Source: Aliivibrio fischeri ES114
GTDB lineage: Bacteria; Pseudomonadota; Gammaproteobacteria; Enterobacterales; Vibrionaceae
Strand: one strand, 5' to 3'
NCBI RefSeq assembly: GCF_000011805.1
Contig: NC_006841.2
DNA length: 32,000 nucleotides
The translations under genes were made by a program, and so were the position numbers. Within the stretch, counting starts at the first letter, position 1. The number at the start of each line of letters is the position of its first letter. Positions 16,265 to 26,719 of this stretch are shown piece by piece. The notes under the pieces were generated by a model. It was not told the DNA's origin. It searched no databases and saw only the letters and a program-made list of their open reading frames with translations.

Positions 16265-19258
16265 ATGGGATTTACCGAATTAAATAGTGTGGAACACTAC
16301 ATCATTCATCAAATTAGTGGTGTTAACTTAAACGACGCTCAATGCAAGAATCAAGTGTCTGAGCCTCAAGCTACGTATGCATTGCAATGGCAGTTCAAGT
16401 CTTCAGAGCAACTTGGTCGTGATGTTAATGAGGTACTAGTTGAATCTGAATTAGTTAAAGCGTTGATTCGCCTTAACCCTGAGATTGAAGCTAACCCACA
16501 TTTGGCTGATGAAGTAATACATAAGCTTCGCGCTATTTTAATTTCGGTAAATCAAGTTGGCTTAGTGAAAGCCAATGAAGAGTTTTTCGCCTGGATGACG
16601 GGCGAAAAAACAATGCCCTTTGGCGAAAATAACCGCCATGTACCAGTAAAGTTAATCGATTTAGAAGACTTAACTCGCAACGGCTATGTGGTCACTAATC
16701 AGTTCCGTATTCATCACAGAGAAACCAAAATACCTGACGTGGTATTAATGATTAATGGTATTCCGGTTGTGGTGGGTGAAGCGAAAACACCGATTCGGCC
16801 ATCTGTAAGTTGGCTAGATGGTGCCCATGAAGTACACAACATTTACGAAAACGCTGTACCGCAATTGTTTGTGCCGAATATTTTATCTTTTGCTACTGAA
16901 GGCAAAGAGCTGTTCTATGGCGCAATCCGTTGCCCATTAGAGTTCTGGGCCCCTTGGCGCACTGAAGAGGACGATAATTCAAAAGGCATCGGCCAAGTAT
17001 CTAAGGCTTTGGGGTTAACCGAGATTGGTAAAGAACTCATTGATCTATTAAGCCCTGTACGCTTACTCGATATTATGCGTAATTTCTCATTGTTTACCAC
17101 CAACAAAAAGAAACAGCGTATAAAGGTTATCCCACGCTTTCAGCAGTACGAAGGTGCCAATAAAATTGTTGAGCGCGTTATTGAAGGCAAAATCAAAAAA
17201 GGCTTAATTTGGCACTTCCAAGGTTCAGGTAAGTCATTGTTAATGGTCTTTGCTGCACAAAAACTTCGCCGTACCGCACAACTTAAAAGCCCAACAGTTA
17301 TTGTGCTGGTTGATAGAACCGATTTAGATACCCAAATCAGTGGCACCTTTAATGCTGCTGATGTCGCGAATGTGGAGTCAACCGATAGCATTAAAGAACT
17401 ACAGCGAATGCTAGAGCGTGATACACGTAAGATCATTATCTCGATGATCCACAAGTTCCGTGATGCTAAACCCAACATGAATACCCGTGAAAATATTATC
17501 GTGCTAGTGGATGAAGCCCACCGTACTCAAGAAGGTGATTTAGGCCGTCAAATGCGTGCAGCCTTACCTAATGCTTTCCTATTTGGTTTAACGGGTACGC
17601 CTGTAAACAAAGCAGATAAAAACACGTTCTGGGCATTTGGTGCAGAAGAAGACAAAGGCGGCTACATGTCGCGTTATACCTTTCATGACTCTATTCGTGA
17701 CGAAGCAACATTACCATTGCATTTTGAACCACGTTTAGTTGATGTTCATGTAGACAAAGAAGCGTTAGACAAGGCGTTTAAAGACTTTAAAGAAAGTGCA
17801 GCGCTTAGCGATGAAGAAGCCGATGCGCTTAATCAAAAGTCTGCAAAAATGTCGGCCTTTTTAAAATCACCAGAGCGAGTAGAAAAGATAGTTGAAGACA
17901 TTGCTATTCACTTTATGGATAAAGTTGAACCGCATGGTTTTAAAGCAATGGTAGTGACTCCGGATCGTGAGGCTTGTGTTCAATACAAAGAAGAGCTAGA
18001 TAAGCATTTCCCAGAATCTGCAAGTAAAGTTGTTATATCAACCAGTGCGAATGATGACTTTGAATTTAAACAGAAGTGGGGTGTTGATAAGAGCCAGCAA
18101 GAAAAACTAGTGGATGAATTTAATGATGAAAAGTCAGACCTGAAATTTCTTGTTGTTACCGCTAAATTGTTGACTGGATTTGATGCGCCAATCTGCCAAA
18201 CTATGTACCTCGATAAATCTATCAAGGATCACACGTTGTTACAGGCAATTTGTCGTACCAACCGTTTATATCCAAATAAAACCTTCGGCTGTATTGTTGA
18301 TTATTTTGGGGTGTTTGACGATGCAGCAAAAGCGCTAGAGTTTGATGAAGAAAGCGTTCAGCAAGTTATCTCCAATTTAAGTGAGTTACGCTCTAAACTT
18401 CCACAAGCAATGCAAGATACCTTAGCGCACTTTATTGGTGTAGATAGAAGCTTAGAAGGTTTCGAGGGGTTAGAAGCAGCGCAAAACGCCATTGGTGATA
18501 ATGATAAGAAAGATGCTTTCGCATTGGACTTTAAGTACCTTGCCAAGCTCTGGGAATCGCTTTCACCTGATAGTGTTCTCGATGAATATAATGAAGATTA
18601 TAAGTGGCTTGCTCAGGTCTATGAGTCAGTAAAACCAGCCTCAGACAATATTGGTAAACTGTTGTGGTTAGCTCTTGGCGCTCAGACAACTCAACTGATA
18701 CACGACAATGTACATGTTGGTGATGTTCATAACTTGGAAGAATTTGTTCTCGATGCTGATGTTATTGAGAATATTTTCAATAACCCCGATCCCCGTAAAA
18801 TAAAACAACTTGAAAAAGAGTTAGCAAAGCGTTTCAAAGACCGTGGTGATCTACCAGTATTCAAATCTTTGAGTGAACGTCTAGAAGAGTTACGTGATAA
18901 GGCTGAGAAGGGGCTAATTGCCTCAATCGATTTCGTAAAAGAGCTTTGTAAGATAGCGAAAGAAACCGTACAAGCAGAGAAAGACCTAGATGATGAACTT
19001 CAAGAGAAAACACCTCAAGCGGCTTTAACCGATCTTTTCTTAGAACTTAAAGACGATCAGACACCAGCAGTTGTCGAGCGTATTGTCACCGACATCGATG
19101 CTATTGTGCGTATCGTCCGATTCCCTGGTTGGCAAACCACAACTGGCGGTGAACGTGAGGTTCAAAAGTCTCTTCGTAAGGCTCTACTAAAGTACAAGCT
19201 ACACACAGACCAAACCCTATTCGACAGGGCTTATGGATACATTAAGGAATATTATTGA
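16265..19258 (+). CDS. hsdR: type I restriction endonuclease subunit HsdR
   Basis: It has an N-terminal PD-(D/E)xK motif (IPDVVLMINGIPVVVGEAKTP), Walker A (FQGSGKSL), a DEAH box (VLVDEAHRTQ) and helicase motif VI (LLQAICRTNR). Confidence 0.93.
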   Translation: MGFTELNSVEHYIIHQISGVNLNDAQCKNQVSEPQATYALQWQFKSSEQLGRDVNEVLVESELVKALIRLNPEIEANPHLADEVIHKLRAILISVNQVGLVKANEEFFAWMTGEKTMPFGENNRHVPVKLIDLEDLTRNGYVVTNQFRIHHRETKIPDVVLMINGIPVVVGEAKTPIRPSVSWLDGAHEVHNIYENAVPQLFVPNILSFATEGKELFYGAIRCPLEFWAPWRTEEDDNSKGIGQVSKALGLTEIGKELIDLLSPVRLLDIMRNFSLFTTNKKKQRIKVIPRFQQYEGANKIVERVIEGKIKKGLIWHFQGSGKSLLMVFAAQKLRRTAQLKSPTVIVLVDRTDLDTQISGTFNAADVANVESTDSIKELQRMLERDTRKIIISMIHKFRDAKPNMNTRENIIVLVDEAHRTQEGDLGRQMRAALPNAFLFGLTGTPVNKADKNTFWAFGAEEDKGGYMSRYTFHDSIRDEATLPLHFEPRLVDVHVDKEALDKAFKDFKESAALSDEEADALNQKSAKMSAFLKSPERVEKIVEDIAIHFMDKVEPHGFKAMVVTPDREACVQYKEELDKHFPESASKVVISTSANDDFEFKQKWGVDKSQQEKLVDEFNDEKSDLKFLVVTAKLLTGFDAPICQTMYLDKSIKDHTLLQAICRTNRLYPNKTFGCIVDYFGVFDDAAKALEFDEESVQQVISNLSELRSKLPQAMQDTLAHFIGVDRSLEGFEGLEAAQNAIGDNDKKDAFALDFKYLAKLWESLSPDSVLDEYNEDYKWLAQVYESVKPASDNIGKLLWLALGAQTTQLIHDNVHVGDVHNLEEFVLDADVIENIFNNPDPRKIKQLEKELAKRFKDRGDLPVFKSLSERLEELRDKAEKGLIASIDFVKELCKIAKETVQAEKDLDDELQEKTPQAALTDLFLELKDDQTPAVVERIVTDIDAIVRIVRFPGWQTTTGGEREVQKSLRKALLKYKLHTDQTLFDRAYGYIKEYY

Positions 19259-19282
19259 TGACTAAAGTTTTGGAGTATCCTC

Positions 19283-20608
19283 ATGCAAGTATTAGATGAT
19301 ATTTGGTCGTCAATAAAAGGTAATGCAAAAACAAGATACCGAGACCCTTTAATTGGTACTTTTATTGTGTCTTGGTGTTTCTGCAACTGGGATAAATTAG
19401 CATTCCTATTTTGGGGAACAGCAAAAGTTGAAGATAGAATCAGCTCTCTTGCTGAGAGCATGTCTGTTGTTACTGAACCTAGCTTAGTATTCACCGATTG
19501 GGATTTGATTATATTCCCAGTGGTGATCACGGCAGGCTACTTATTTCTTATGCCGTGGGCATCGCTATGGGTGAAGAGGAAGCAAGAGAAAAGCATTATC
19601 TCCCAGCATACACATGCGGTAGATTTAGACATCGAGCAGGCAAAGAAACAATGGGAGCTAAACAAAGAGAAGCTTCGTTCAAATCCTGAGAAAGATTTTC
19701 TAGCGAAGGATGTTGAATTAGATATACAAAGAGAAAAAGAACGTTTGGAGCGTAGAAATAAGATAACGAATTATATTGATAAAAAGGTTGAAGCTGCGAC
19801 TTTATTAGCTGAAAAAAGTAAACTAGATCTTGAAGACAAGAAAAGGTCAGATGAGAAAGAACGATTGGCACTACAAGAAAAGCAGCGTAGAGAAGACTCC
19901 GAGAAGCAACGCTTTGAAGAACATACCGCAATCCATCGTGCGACTCTAGCTTCTCACCGTTTCCCAGCAACCTATTACTTTATGGATTTACTTTCAAACT
20001 CTTTAAAAGAGGACAACGTAGTATTATCACTATCAGCACTTTCGTCTTGTGTAGCAGCAATTTTTGGCTATAAAACCGTAGATGAGTTAATCAACGATAA
20101 AGAGTTTCATAATGATAATTTAAAGTTGCTGAAATACATTGTGTTAGATGATGACCTAACGAAGAAACTAGATTCTATTTGTGAGCAAGAAGGTTCAGAT
20201 AATGAAGATGTAACACCAGATTTATTGTTTGATCATATATATGGCCTTTTTGATGAATTACCATACGAGTTGCTGTCAGATGAATCATTGGCAGAAATTA
20301 TTTCAGAAAGGATCAATACAGATGCTTATGATTTACTACAGAGTGATGATCTGTCAGGTTCTATGGCTGAGACGGATACAATTTTTGATGAAATAATACT
20401 AGAAATGGATGATTTTTCTTTGAATGATAGTTTTGACGTAAAGCTAAGCGGTTATGCAAGTGGTTCACACAGAAGAGAAGAAGGTGTTCATGGACAAGAT
20501 CTTACCGTCCATGTTGAAGCAAGTTGCCTGCCAGTGTTGGGATCATTTGGTTTGAAGGACTATGAACTTGAGATCAGTGGTAGCCCAAGAGACTATAGTC
20601 GTGAGTAG
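19283..20608 (+). CDS. hypothetical membrane-anchored coiled-coil protein with an acidic C-terminal domain
   Basis: GGAG lies 8 nt upstream of the ATG. Two hydrophobic segments are present (LIGTFIVSWCFCNWDKLAFLFWG and LIIFPVVITAGYLFLMPWASLWV). A K/E/R-rich coiled-coil stretch follows, then a D/E-rich C-terminus. There is no catalytic motif I recognise. Confidence 0.6.
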   Translation: MQVLDDIWSSIKGNAKTRYRDPLIGTFIVSWCFCNWDKLAFLFWGTAKVEDRISSLAESMSVVTEPSLVFTDWDLIIFPVVITAGYLFLMPWASLWVKRKQEKSIISQHTHAVDLDIEQAKKQWELNKEKLRSNPEKDFLAKDVELDIQREKERLERRNKITNYIDKKVEAATLLAEKSKLDLEDKKRSDEKERLALQEKQRREDSEKQRFEEHTAIHRATLASHRFPATYYFMDLLSNSLKEDNVVLSLSALSSCVAAIFGYKTVDELINDKEFHNDNLKLLKYIVLDDDLTKKLDSICEQEGSDNEDVTPDLLFDHIYGLFDELPYELLSDESLAEIISERINTDAYDLLQSDDLSGSMAETDTIFDEIILEMDDFSLNDSFDVKLSGYASGSHRREEGVHGQDLTVHVEASCLPVLGSFGLKDYELEISGSPRDYSRE

Positions 20609-20700
20609 AGAAAGAAGGGCTCTTCCGTTTACCCTAAAGATTTGACCTGCTACATGAACCTTTGGCCGTTTTGAGGTAGATTCTTGATACGATGGTTTGT

Positions 20701-20737
20701 GGTATGTAATACCTACCTATTTTACTGTTTTTATTTT
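20701..20737 (+). terminator. weak candidate terminator after the R-M operon
   Basis: ggtatgtaatacc forms a 5-bp stem with a 3-nt loop, nested in a longer aggtag...ctacct pairing (20674-20679 / 20713-20718). It is followed by attttactgtttttatttt. Confidence 0.3.
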
Positions 20738-21000
20738 AAATTATTGAAGGACTAAATATCTTCCTTATTCGTGTCATATTCTAAGTTCGGCGTTTTAAAG
20801 CTTCAACTAAAACTAAATGGGGATATTATTCGATATTAACATTTATAACAAAGTTGTGTAGGTCTACTTATGGCTCTTTCCTTTTATTTTTAGGTTAGGT
20901 CTAATGCTTTGAAAAGGTACGAGGCTTTGTGTCTAGTGACATGTTGTGTCGCATAAACGTAAGCTGTTTTATTTGATGTAAATTAGAAAGATAGATTTTA

Positions 21001-22650
21001 ATGGACAATATATACAAAGGCACGTTTATAGCCTTAGAGGCATGGACTAAAAGCCATAAGAATGAAGATGAGATAGTCGGTGATATTCATTTTCCAGATG
21101 ACGATATGATATATAGCGGAATTCTGGACTCATCATTGCTAAACAAGTGGAAGGTTTTTGAATTTGAAGCTGAAGCAGAAATACCAGTGTCTCTGGTAAG
21201 AGTGCAAAAAAGCGATGATTATGAATACGATTTTAAAGTTGAGACAGTAGACTTTGAAGTTGAAAACAAGTTTTCAACGACAGTTACTAACCTTGTCGCT
21301 GACACAAATAATGATAATAAAGTGAAAGGTAGGGTAACTATTTCTCAAGATAGCAAGCCTGGAATTAGGTGCTATATCAATATAGATCTGGGTACAAATA
21401 CATTTACTCTCCCTTCACAAAAATCCGCTTCGGATGGTGTTCATGCTGTTGTTAAATACAATTCAAAGCGTGAGTGGCCGTTTAGTGCCATCCAATTAGT
21501 GGGTGGATGTGTAGGCAATTTAATTGAATGTCCACAGTTAACCTTTCCAAAGACAACGCATGTGCCAGATGAAGGCTTTGATGAAGTCACTTTTCAATTT
21601 GGCACATTGAGCATTTACACACCACTTAGTGGCCAATTGTGGCACAAATTCAAAGACTCATTAGATTCTTATCGGTTACGTTTGAATATCCCCCAACACA
21701 ATGAATTCATTTTCCCGGTTGTTTATAAGTTATGGAAAAACGAGCAAAACCGCATTGATTTAAATAAGGCACATATTCGTAGAATCTTTTCAAAACAAAC
21801 ATGTATTGCTATAGAAGCCGACATCGAAGCAAAGGCAACTTCTACATGGTTTCGCCCTGAGGGCGTTAGATATGACGTAAGTATTCAGCACAATGAAATG
21901 ATGCTTCATGGTTTTAGAGATATAGAGATCAATACATCTGTTCAGTTTCAGCTCGAAGACGTTTGGGAAAAGCGACAAAGAGAAACGGACGAAGGAACAA
22001 AGATATTTTATAACAACAATAACCGCTGGCGTATTAAGCATATACAGTCCAATGAACAGCGAGTCTTGGCACTTAATGGAAAGGAGTTTAATGGTGAAGT
22101 GTTATTCGATTGGTCGTCTATTGGTGCCGAACATGATCTAGATGATGACCATTTACGGCGTTTAGTCCCATCTACGCAGTCTCAATGTTGGGTGACTGTA
22201 GAGGCTAAAGGAATCGGAAAGGTCGCCATTCAAGTCAACCCTTCAATGCTAAAGTTACATTCATTCATACCTTCAGGCAGCCAAGTAAAAATTAAGTTAC
22301 GTGTCGCACAACGTCGCGGTTTTGAAGATATCAATGAAGAAGGTGTTTTCGAAATATGGTGTGCAAGTATTTATGTCGATATTGAAAAAAGAACGCCTTC
22401 AATCTCGAGGACTCGCCGTTTGAAAATTGAGAGTGTTGAAAAATCAATAAGCAAGAATGACAATGAGATGTTGAAAATTAGTTTTTCTGATCCCACATCT
22501 AAATCTATAACAGTAAAAGAGTTTTCTCATCCCTTGTCTTATTTGAAAGCAATGAATCTTATCGATGTAACTGATAAATATTGCCATGTTACTGCCTTCC
22601 AAATTAATGACACTTTGCATGTGAAACGTATCGATTTAGTAGAGATGTAA
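21001..22650 (+). CDS. hypothetical protein (549 aa), first gene of the helicase-topoisomerase-like operon
   Basis: This long ORF ends 4 nt before the helicase gene. The sequence looks beta-strand-rich (alternating hydrophobic patterns) and has no catalytic motif I recognise. The Shine-Dalgarno is weak, so the exact start is uncertain. Confidence 0.6.
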   Translation: MDNIYKGTFIALEAWTKSHKNEDEIVGDIHFPDDDMIYSGILDSSLLNKWKVFEFEAEAEIPVSLVRVQKSDDYEYDFKVETVDFEVENKFSTTVTNLVADTNNDNKVKGRVTISQDSKPGIRCYINIDLGTNTFTLPSQKSASDGVHAVVKYNSKREWPFSAIQLVGGCVGNLIECPQLTFPKTTHVPDEGFDEVTFQFGTLSIYTPLSGQLWHKFKDSLDSYRLRLNIPQHNEFIFPVVYKLWKNEQNRIDLNKAHIRRIFSKQTCIAIEADIEAKATSTWFRPEGVRYDVSIQHNEMMLHGFRDIEINTSVQFQLEDVWEKRQRETDEGTKIFYNNNNRWRIKHIQSNEQRVLALNGKEFNGEVLFDWSSIGAEHDLDDDHLRRLVPSTQSQCWVTVEAKGIGKVAIQVNPSMLKLHSFIPSGSQVKIKLRVAQRRGFEDINEEGVFEIWCASIYVDIEKRTPSISRTRRLKIESVEKSISKNDNEMLKISFSDPTSKSITVKEFSHPLSYLKAMNLIDVTDKYCHVTAFQINDTLHVKRIDLVEM

Positions 22651-22654
22651 ATAT

Positions 22655-25600
22655 ATGAAAAAAGCTCTAGCCCTGCATTATAACTTATTACAAGGTCATC
22701 CATTTGGTCAGCTCAGTAAGCCATTATTGAGTAATCAGGATACTTTAATCGAAGCTCATGGCGACATCAAACCCAATGCTTTTGGTGCACTTTCAAAACT
22801 AAGCTGCCTTTATCCTTATAAAGGGTTTGAAACATACAATAAAGACTTATTGAAAACGTTAAATGACGTCAAAGTCTCTAAATCTAAAGAAAGTGATAGC
22901 GCTGGTGATGATAATCAAAGTTTAGACAAAAAACTACCCACTTTCAGCGGTGATAGATATGTTTTAGCAATTGATGTCAATCCTGCATATGGGCGAAAAA
23001 CGATCACGGTAATGATTATTCCTGTGAGAATAAAAAACCTTAGTGGGAACTATAATCGTTTTGTATTTTATCCAGATACATCTTCATTTCCGATAATCAA
23101 TCCAGAACTTTTGGAGGTAGAAGGAAATGTACCGCCACATTGTATCGGGAAAATGGAAAACTTTGATAAATTTGATTATTCAGTATTCAAAGAACCGACA
23201 GAAGACTTGCATGAGCTGTTTACAGTTTCTGAAGCAATGTTTGACAAAATCTGCGATACAACACTAGGTTCTATGGAACACCATGAATCACTCGGTCTCG
23301 ATAACCCAGATGTTACAGTGACGTTGCGTCGTGTGATGGCTGATAATTCGGCGAATCAACACATCATTAACCTCTATCGTGATCTCTTTACTGTTAGTGA
23401 CGATTCATTGACAGGAACGTCTGTATGTAAAACAGATTCTGCTTATAAAGATAATGGCAACGTAAAAAATCTAAATGATGATTACCTTATCAGCTTGCTC
23501 CAATCTCGAGAGAAGCCATTTCTGGCTCATATGGACGAATGCACCGGTACTGATACCGGCGATTACAGACACAGGGAGCTGTTTGCTCTAGATAACACAC
23601 AACGTGGAGCAGCGAGTGTTGCAACGCTCATGCGTGAAGGTGATGTTTTGGCCGTAAATGGACCACCAGGGTCTGGTAAAACCGCGATGCTCAAAGCCAT
23701 TATTAGTCATCAATATGTAGAAGCTGCTTTGGCTAAAGGTGATTGCCCGATCGTTATTGGTGTCGGTGGAACAAATCAGTCTGTTACTAACATTGTTAAT
23801 GCATTTCCTAACGTGTTGTATCAAGGCGATAGTAAAACACTGTTGCACATGAGACGGTGGATTGATGGACCTGCTAATTACGGTACATACTTTCCATCAA
23901 CTAGTATCAAAAATAATATGTCTCCCGAACTGCTCAAATCAGCGGTGCTAGGAGAGGTAGATAAATCAAATAAAGGTGGGGTTGTACGTTGGAGTGGAGA
24001 GCTAGCCAATTTAAATAACCCCTCAAAGTTAGATCAACTCATAGGTCAATTTACGAACTATTGTGGGCAACATTACACTACAACATTTAGTGATTTAGAA
24101 AGCTGCGTTGCACAATTACATCATACACTCACAGCTTACTCTAAAGCGATTAATACCTTGTATTATCAGCTTGTTGAAGAGTTTGACAAAGGTTTTGAGA
24201 CACACCCTAGTATTCACACATCATTTTCAAAATTTTTTGACGAGAAACACAGTAACAGTCAGGGGGCAGCCCAAATTAAAACCATGTACGATTTACTGCA
24301 TGGTGATGATTCGAAAAAAATTCAAATTATTTCAGACGTATGTCGAGAGTACCTGCGAGATAATGACTTAGAAGGTAACAATCCGGCTATATTAGCTAAC
24401 TTTGGCGTTCTTTCTGGTATGGCAAAAGTCATTCTTGCTGATCGCGCGGTAGACCTGCTAGTACGTTCAGAGCTGTTCCATTACGCAGCCCGTTATTGGG
24501 AAGGACGCTATCTGCTTTCTTGTTCGGAGCACTTCTTAATCTACGCATCTCCGTCAAACCTTGAAACTGCGCTTCGAAGAATGTGCATGATTACGCCAAT
24601 ACTGGTCTCAACTGTACAATCTGCGCCCAAAATTTTTGCTTATCAAAAGCCTTCAGGGATATCTGAGCAACCATATTTGTACGGGAAAGCAGATTTATTG
24701 ATTATTGATGAAGCTGGACAGGCAGATATAAGGAGTACGTTACCATTACTTGCGTTGGCAAAGAAAACCATCGCAGTCGGGGATATAGCTCAAATCCCTC
24801 CAGTAATACAAGATGTTACTCCGATACAAGAGCAAGGGTTGTTTCAGACATTGGGTATGGGAGTGAACGAAGCTCATACAAAGCGCTGTTTTGTTCATGC
24901 ATTTAAAAACCAGCTACTTCCTAGTATCAGCGGTAGCATCTTGCATGTGCTTCGACAGATCTCATGTGTCAACCACCAAGGGCAAGGCATGTCACTGCGT
25001 GGTCATTATCGATGCCAAGAAGTCTTGAGTCAGTTTTGTAATGAATTGGTCTATGACAATAGTATTTTTATTATCCCACCTCTTTTTAAAGAGAGGGGAC
25101 CATTTCGCCCACTTACTTGGGTTTCATCAGCATCGGAAACTCAAAAAGTAGGCACATCTCATAAGAATGAAAAAGAAGCTCGGACAATTGTAGAGTGGCT
25201 TATTGACCAATGGCCAAGGATTCATGATCACTATAACAAGCCGAGCAAGCCTAAAAAGCGTTTACCTGACTTAGTGGGTATTATCAGTCCATACAAAAAA
25301 CAAAGCTTAGTTTTTATTGGTCACGACGAGGATGATAGTGGAAGTAAAGGTAAAACTCAGGGCATGTTACATAGCCTTCTAATCAAAAAATTTAAAGGTA
25401 CTGAATATGAAATCACGGTTGATGATGTAGATAAAATGAAGATCGGTACCGTCAATGCACTGCAAGGTGCTGAAAAGCCGATTATTTTATTTAGCGGAAC
25501 TAAAAGTATTAAGTTTGGCGGAGATGTTCATTACCGTGCTGCAGCATATATCTTAAACGTTGCAGTTTCTCGTGCGAAAGAATGCTTTGTGGCATTTATT

Positions 25601-26719
25601 TGCGAAAAGACATTTGGGATCCCCACGGTAACAGAAGGGTTAATACCGCCAACTGACCCAAAATCTGATTCAGTAGGGTATTTAGGTTACTACATCGGCA
25701 AACGTGGAGAACGATTGTTCCCAAGAAGCGTTGTTATCATTGAATCAGACAACAAGATAAAGAAGCTCGAAGCGTTGCTCGGTAAGCGCTACATAGTGGT
25801 TAGCACTAAGGGGAAAGTATTAGGGTTACCATTTAGTGATGAAGAAGCTTTACTGGTAAAGAACGGTTTACACCCTAAATACCAGTACAATGTTAAAAAG
25901 AATCCGAAGAAAAAAAGTAATGACAAAGGTAACGCAGCTCGTAAAGCAGTTAGCGATATTTTACAGCTCTGCGGTGGTGCAGATATTGATGAAATTATTT
26001 TGGCAACGGATGATGACAATGTTGGTGAACACATCGCATGGCATTTACAAGAACTATTTAGGCAGCACCAACCTGACTCTCTTAAAAAGCTTCAGCGTGT
26101 TAGGCTCCGTGGTCTATCACCTAAAGCTGTTAAAGAAGCATTCGATGTAGATAATCGAGATTCGTTAGATATTGCACGAGCTTCTGCTGAGATGGTCAGA
26201 GAGTCATTGGATTTAATTCTAGGGAGAAAGTTAAGTGCAATTGCGCAGAAGTGTCCACTGGTTGGTCAAGGAGAAAGTGTTCGATTAGCTTTAGAGAAAC
26301 GACTAATTCAAGAGGTTGATGAACCTCAAGTCAAGGGAATGGGGCGAGTGAAGGCTGCTATTTTATCTCTCGCTTATGGTCATCTTAAAGAACAACTAGC
26401 TTCAATTACTCACCCCACAGAAGCGCCAGTAACTGTGATCGTAAACGGGAAAAAACTTCGAGGAAGGCTGGTTCAGCAGAGACAAAAGACTGAGGGCCAA
26501 GAGGTAGACAAGTCCATAGAATATATTCGTAATAAAGCGCCATTCGAGTCTGAGGGTTCAGGCTGGACCGTAATCGAATCTGAATTTGAGGAAAGGACGG
26601 TAAGCCCGCCGGATGCATCAACACTTAACGTGATGCGTCAAAATGCCATTGAACAACAAGTTAAACCCGTTGAGAGCTATAAAGCACTAACTGGGCTCTA
26701 TGAGGGAAATGATTTATGA
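22655..26719 (+). CDS. SF1B (Upf1/DNA2-like, AAA_11/AAA_12-type) helicase fused to the Toprim/N-terminal part of a topoisomerase IA core
   Basis: Helicase motifs are I GPPGSGKT (23660-23683), II IIDEAGQ (DEAGQ at 24707-24721), III VGDIAQIPPV, IV LRGHYRC, V GTVNALQGAEKPIILFS and VI LNVAVSRAKE. After residue ~1024 come the Toprim Glu (VVIIESDN, E1030 at 25742-25744) and DxD (ILATDDDNVGEHIAWHL, D1119-D1121 at 26009-26017). TopA-like GRVKAAILSL and LYEG follow. Confidence 0.85.
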   Translation: MKKALALHYNLLQGHPFGQLSKPLLSNQDTLIEAHGDIKPNAFGALSKLSCLYPYKGFETYNKDLLKTLNDVKVSKSKESDSAGDDNQSLDKKLPTFSGDRYVLAIDVNPAYGRKTITVMIIPVRIKNLSGNYNRFVFYPDTSSFPIINPELLEVEGNVPPHCIGKMENFDKFDYSVFKEPTEDLHELFTVSEAMFDKICDTTLGSMEHHESLGLDNPDVTVTLRRVMADNSANQHIINLYRDLFTVSDDSLTGTSVCKTDSAYKDNGNVKNLNDDYLISLLQSREKPFLAHMDECTGTDTGDYRHRELFALDNTQRGAASVATLMREGDVLAVNGPPGSGKTAMLKAIISHQYVEAALAKGDCPIVIGVGGTNQSVTNIVNAFPNVLYQGDSKTLLHMRRWIDGPANYGTYFPSTSIKNNMSPELLKSAVLGEVDKSNKGGVVRWSGELANLNNPSKLDQLIGQFTNYCGQHYTTTFSDLESCVAQLHHTLTAYSKAINTLYYQLVEEFDKGFETHPSIHTSFSKFFDEKHSNSQGAAQIKTMYDLLHGDDSKKIQIISDVCREYLRDNDLEGNNPAILANFGVLSGMAKVILADRAVDLLVRSELFHYAARYWEGRYLLSCSEHFLIYASPSNLETALRRMCMITPILVSTVQSAPKIFAYQKPSGISEQPYLYGKADLLIIDEAGQADIRSTLPLLALAKKTIAVGDIAQIPPVIQDVTPIQEQGLFQTLGMGVNEAHTKRCFVHAFKNQLLPSISGSILHVLRQISCVNHQGQGMSLRGHYRCQEVLSQFCNELVYDNSIFIIPPLFKERGPFRPLTWVSSASETQKVGTSHKNEKEARTIVEWLIDQWPRIHDHYNKPSKPKKRLPDLVGIISPYKKQSLVFIGHDEDDSGSKGKTQGMLHSLLIKKFKGTEYEITVDDVDKMKIGTVNALQGAEKPIILFSGTKSIKFGGDVHYRAAAYILNVAVSRAKECFVAFICEKTFGIPTVTEGLIPPTDPKSDSVGYLGYYIGKRGERLFPRSVVIIESDNKIKKLEALLGKRYIVVSTKGKVLGLPFSDEEALLVKNGLHPKYQYNVKKNPKKKSNDKGNAARKAVSDILQLCGGADIDEIILATDDDNVGEHIAWHLQELFRQHQPDSLKKLQRVRLRGLSPKAVKEAFDVDNRDSLDIARASAEMVRESLDLILGRKLSAIAQKCPLVGQGESVRLALEKRLIQEVDEPQVKGMGRVKAAILSLAYGHLKEQLASITHPTEAPVTVIVNGKKLRGRLVQQRQKTEGQEVDKSIEYIRNKAPFESEGSGWTVIESEFEERTVSPPDASTLNVMRQNAIEQQVKPVESYKALTGLYEGNDL

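Noticed and set aside
26680-26719. The Tyr residues in ESYKALTGLYEGNDL as a possible substitute catalytic tyrosine.
   Set aside because: The LYE tyrosine aligns with the conserved but non-catalytic Tyr of TopA LYEAG. Nothing supports the other one being positioned at the active site. This can only be settled by structure prediction, so I do not claim it.
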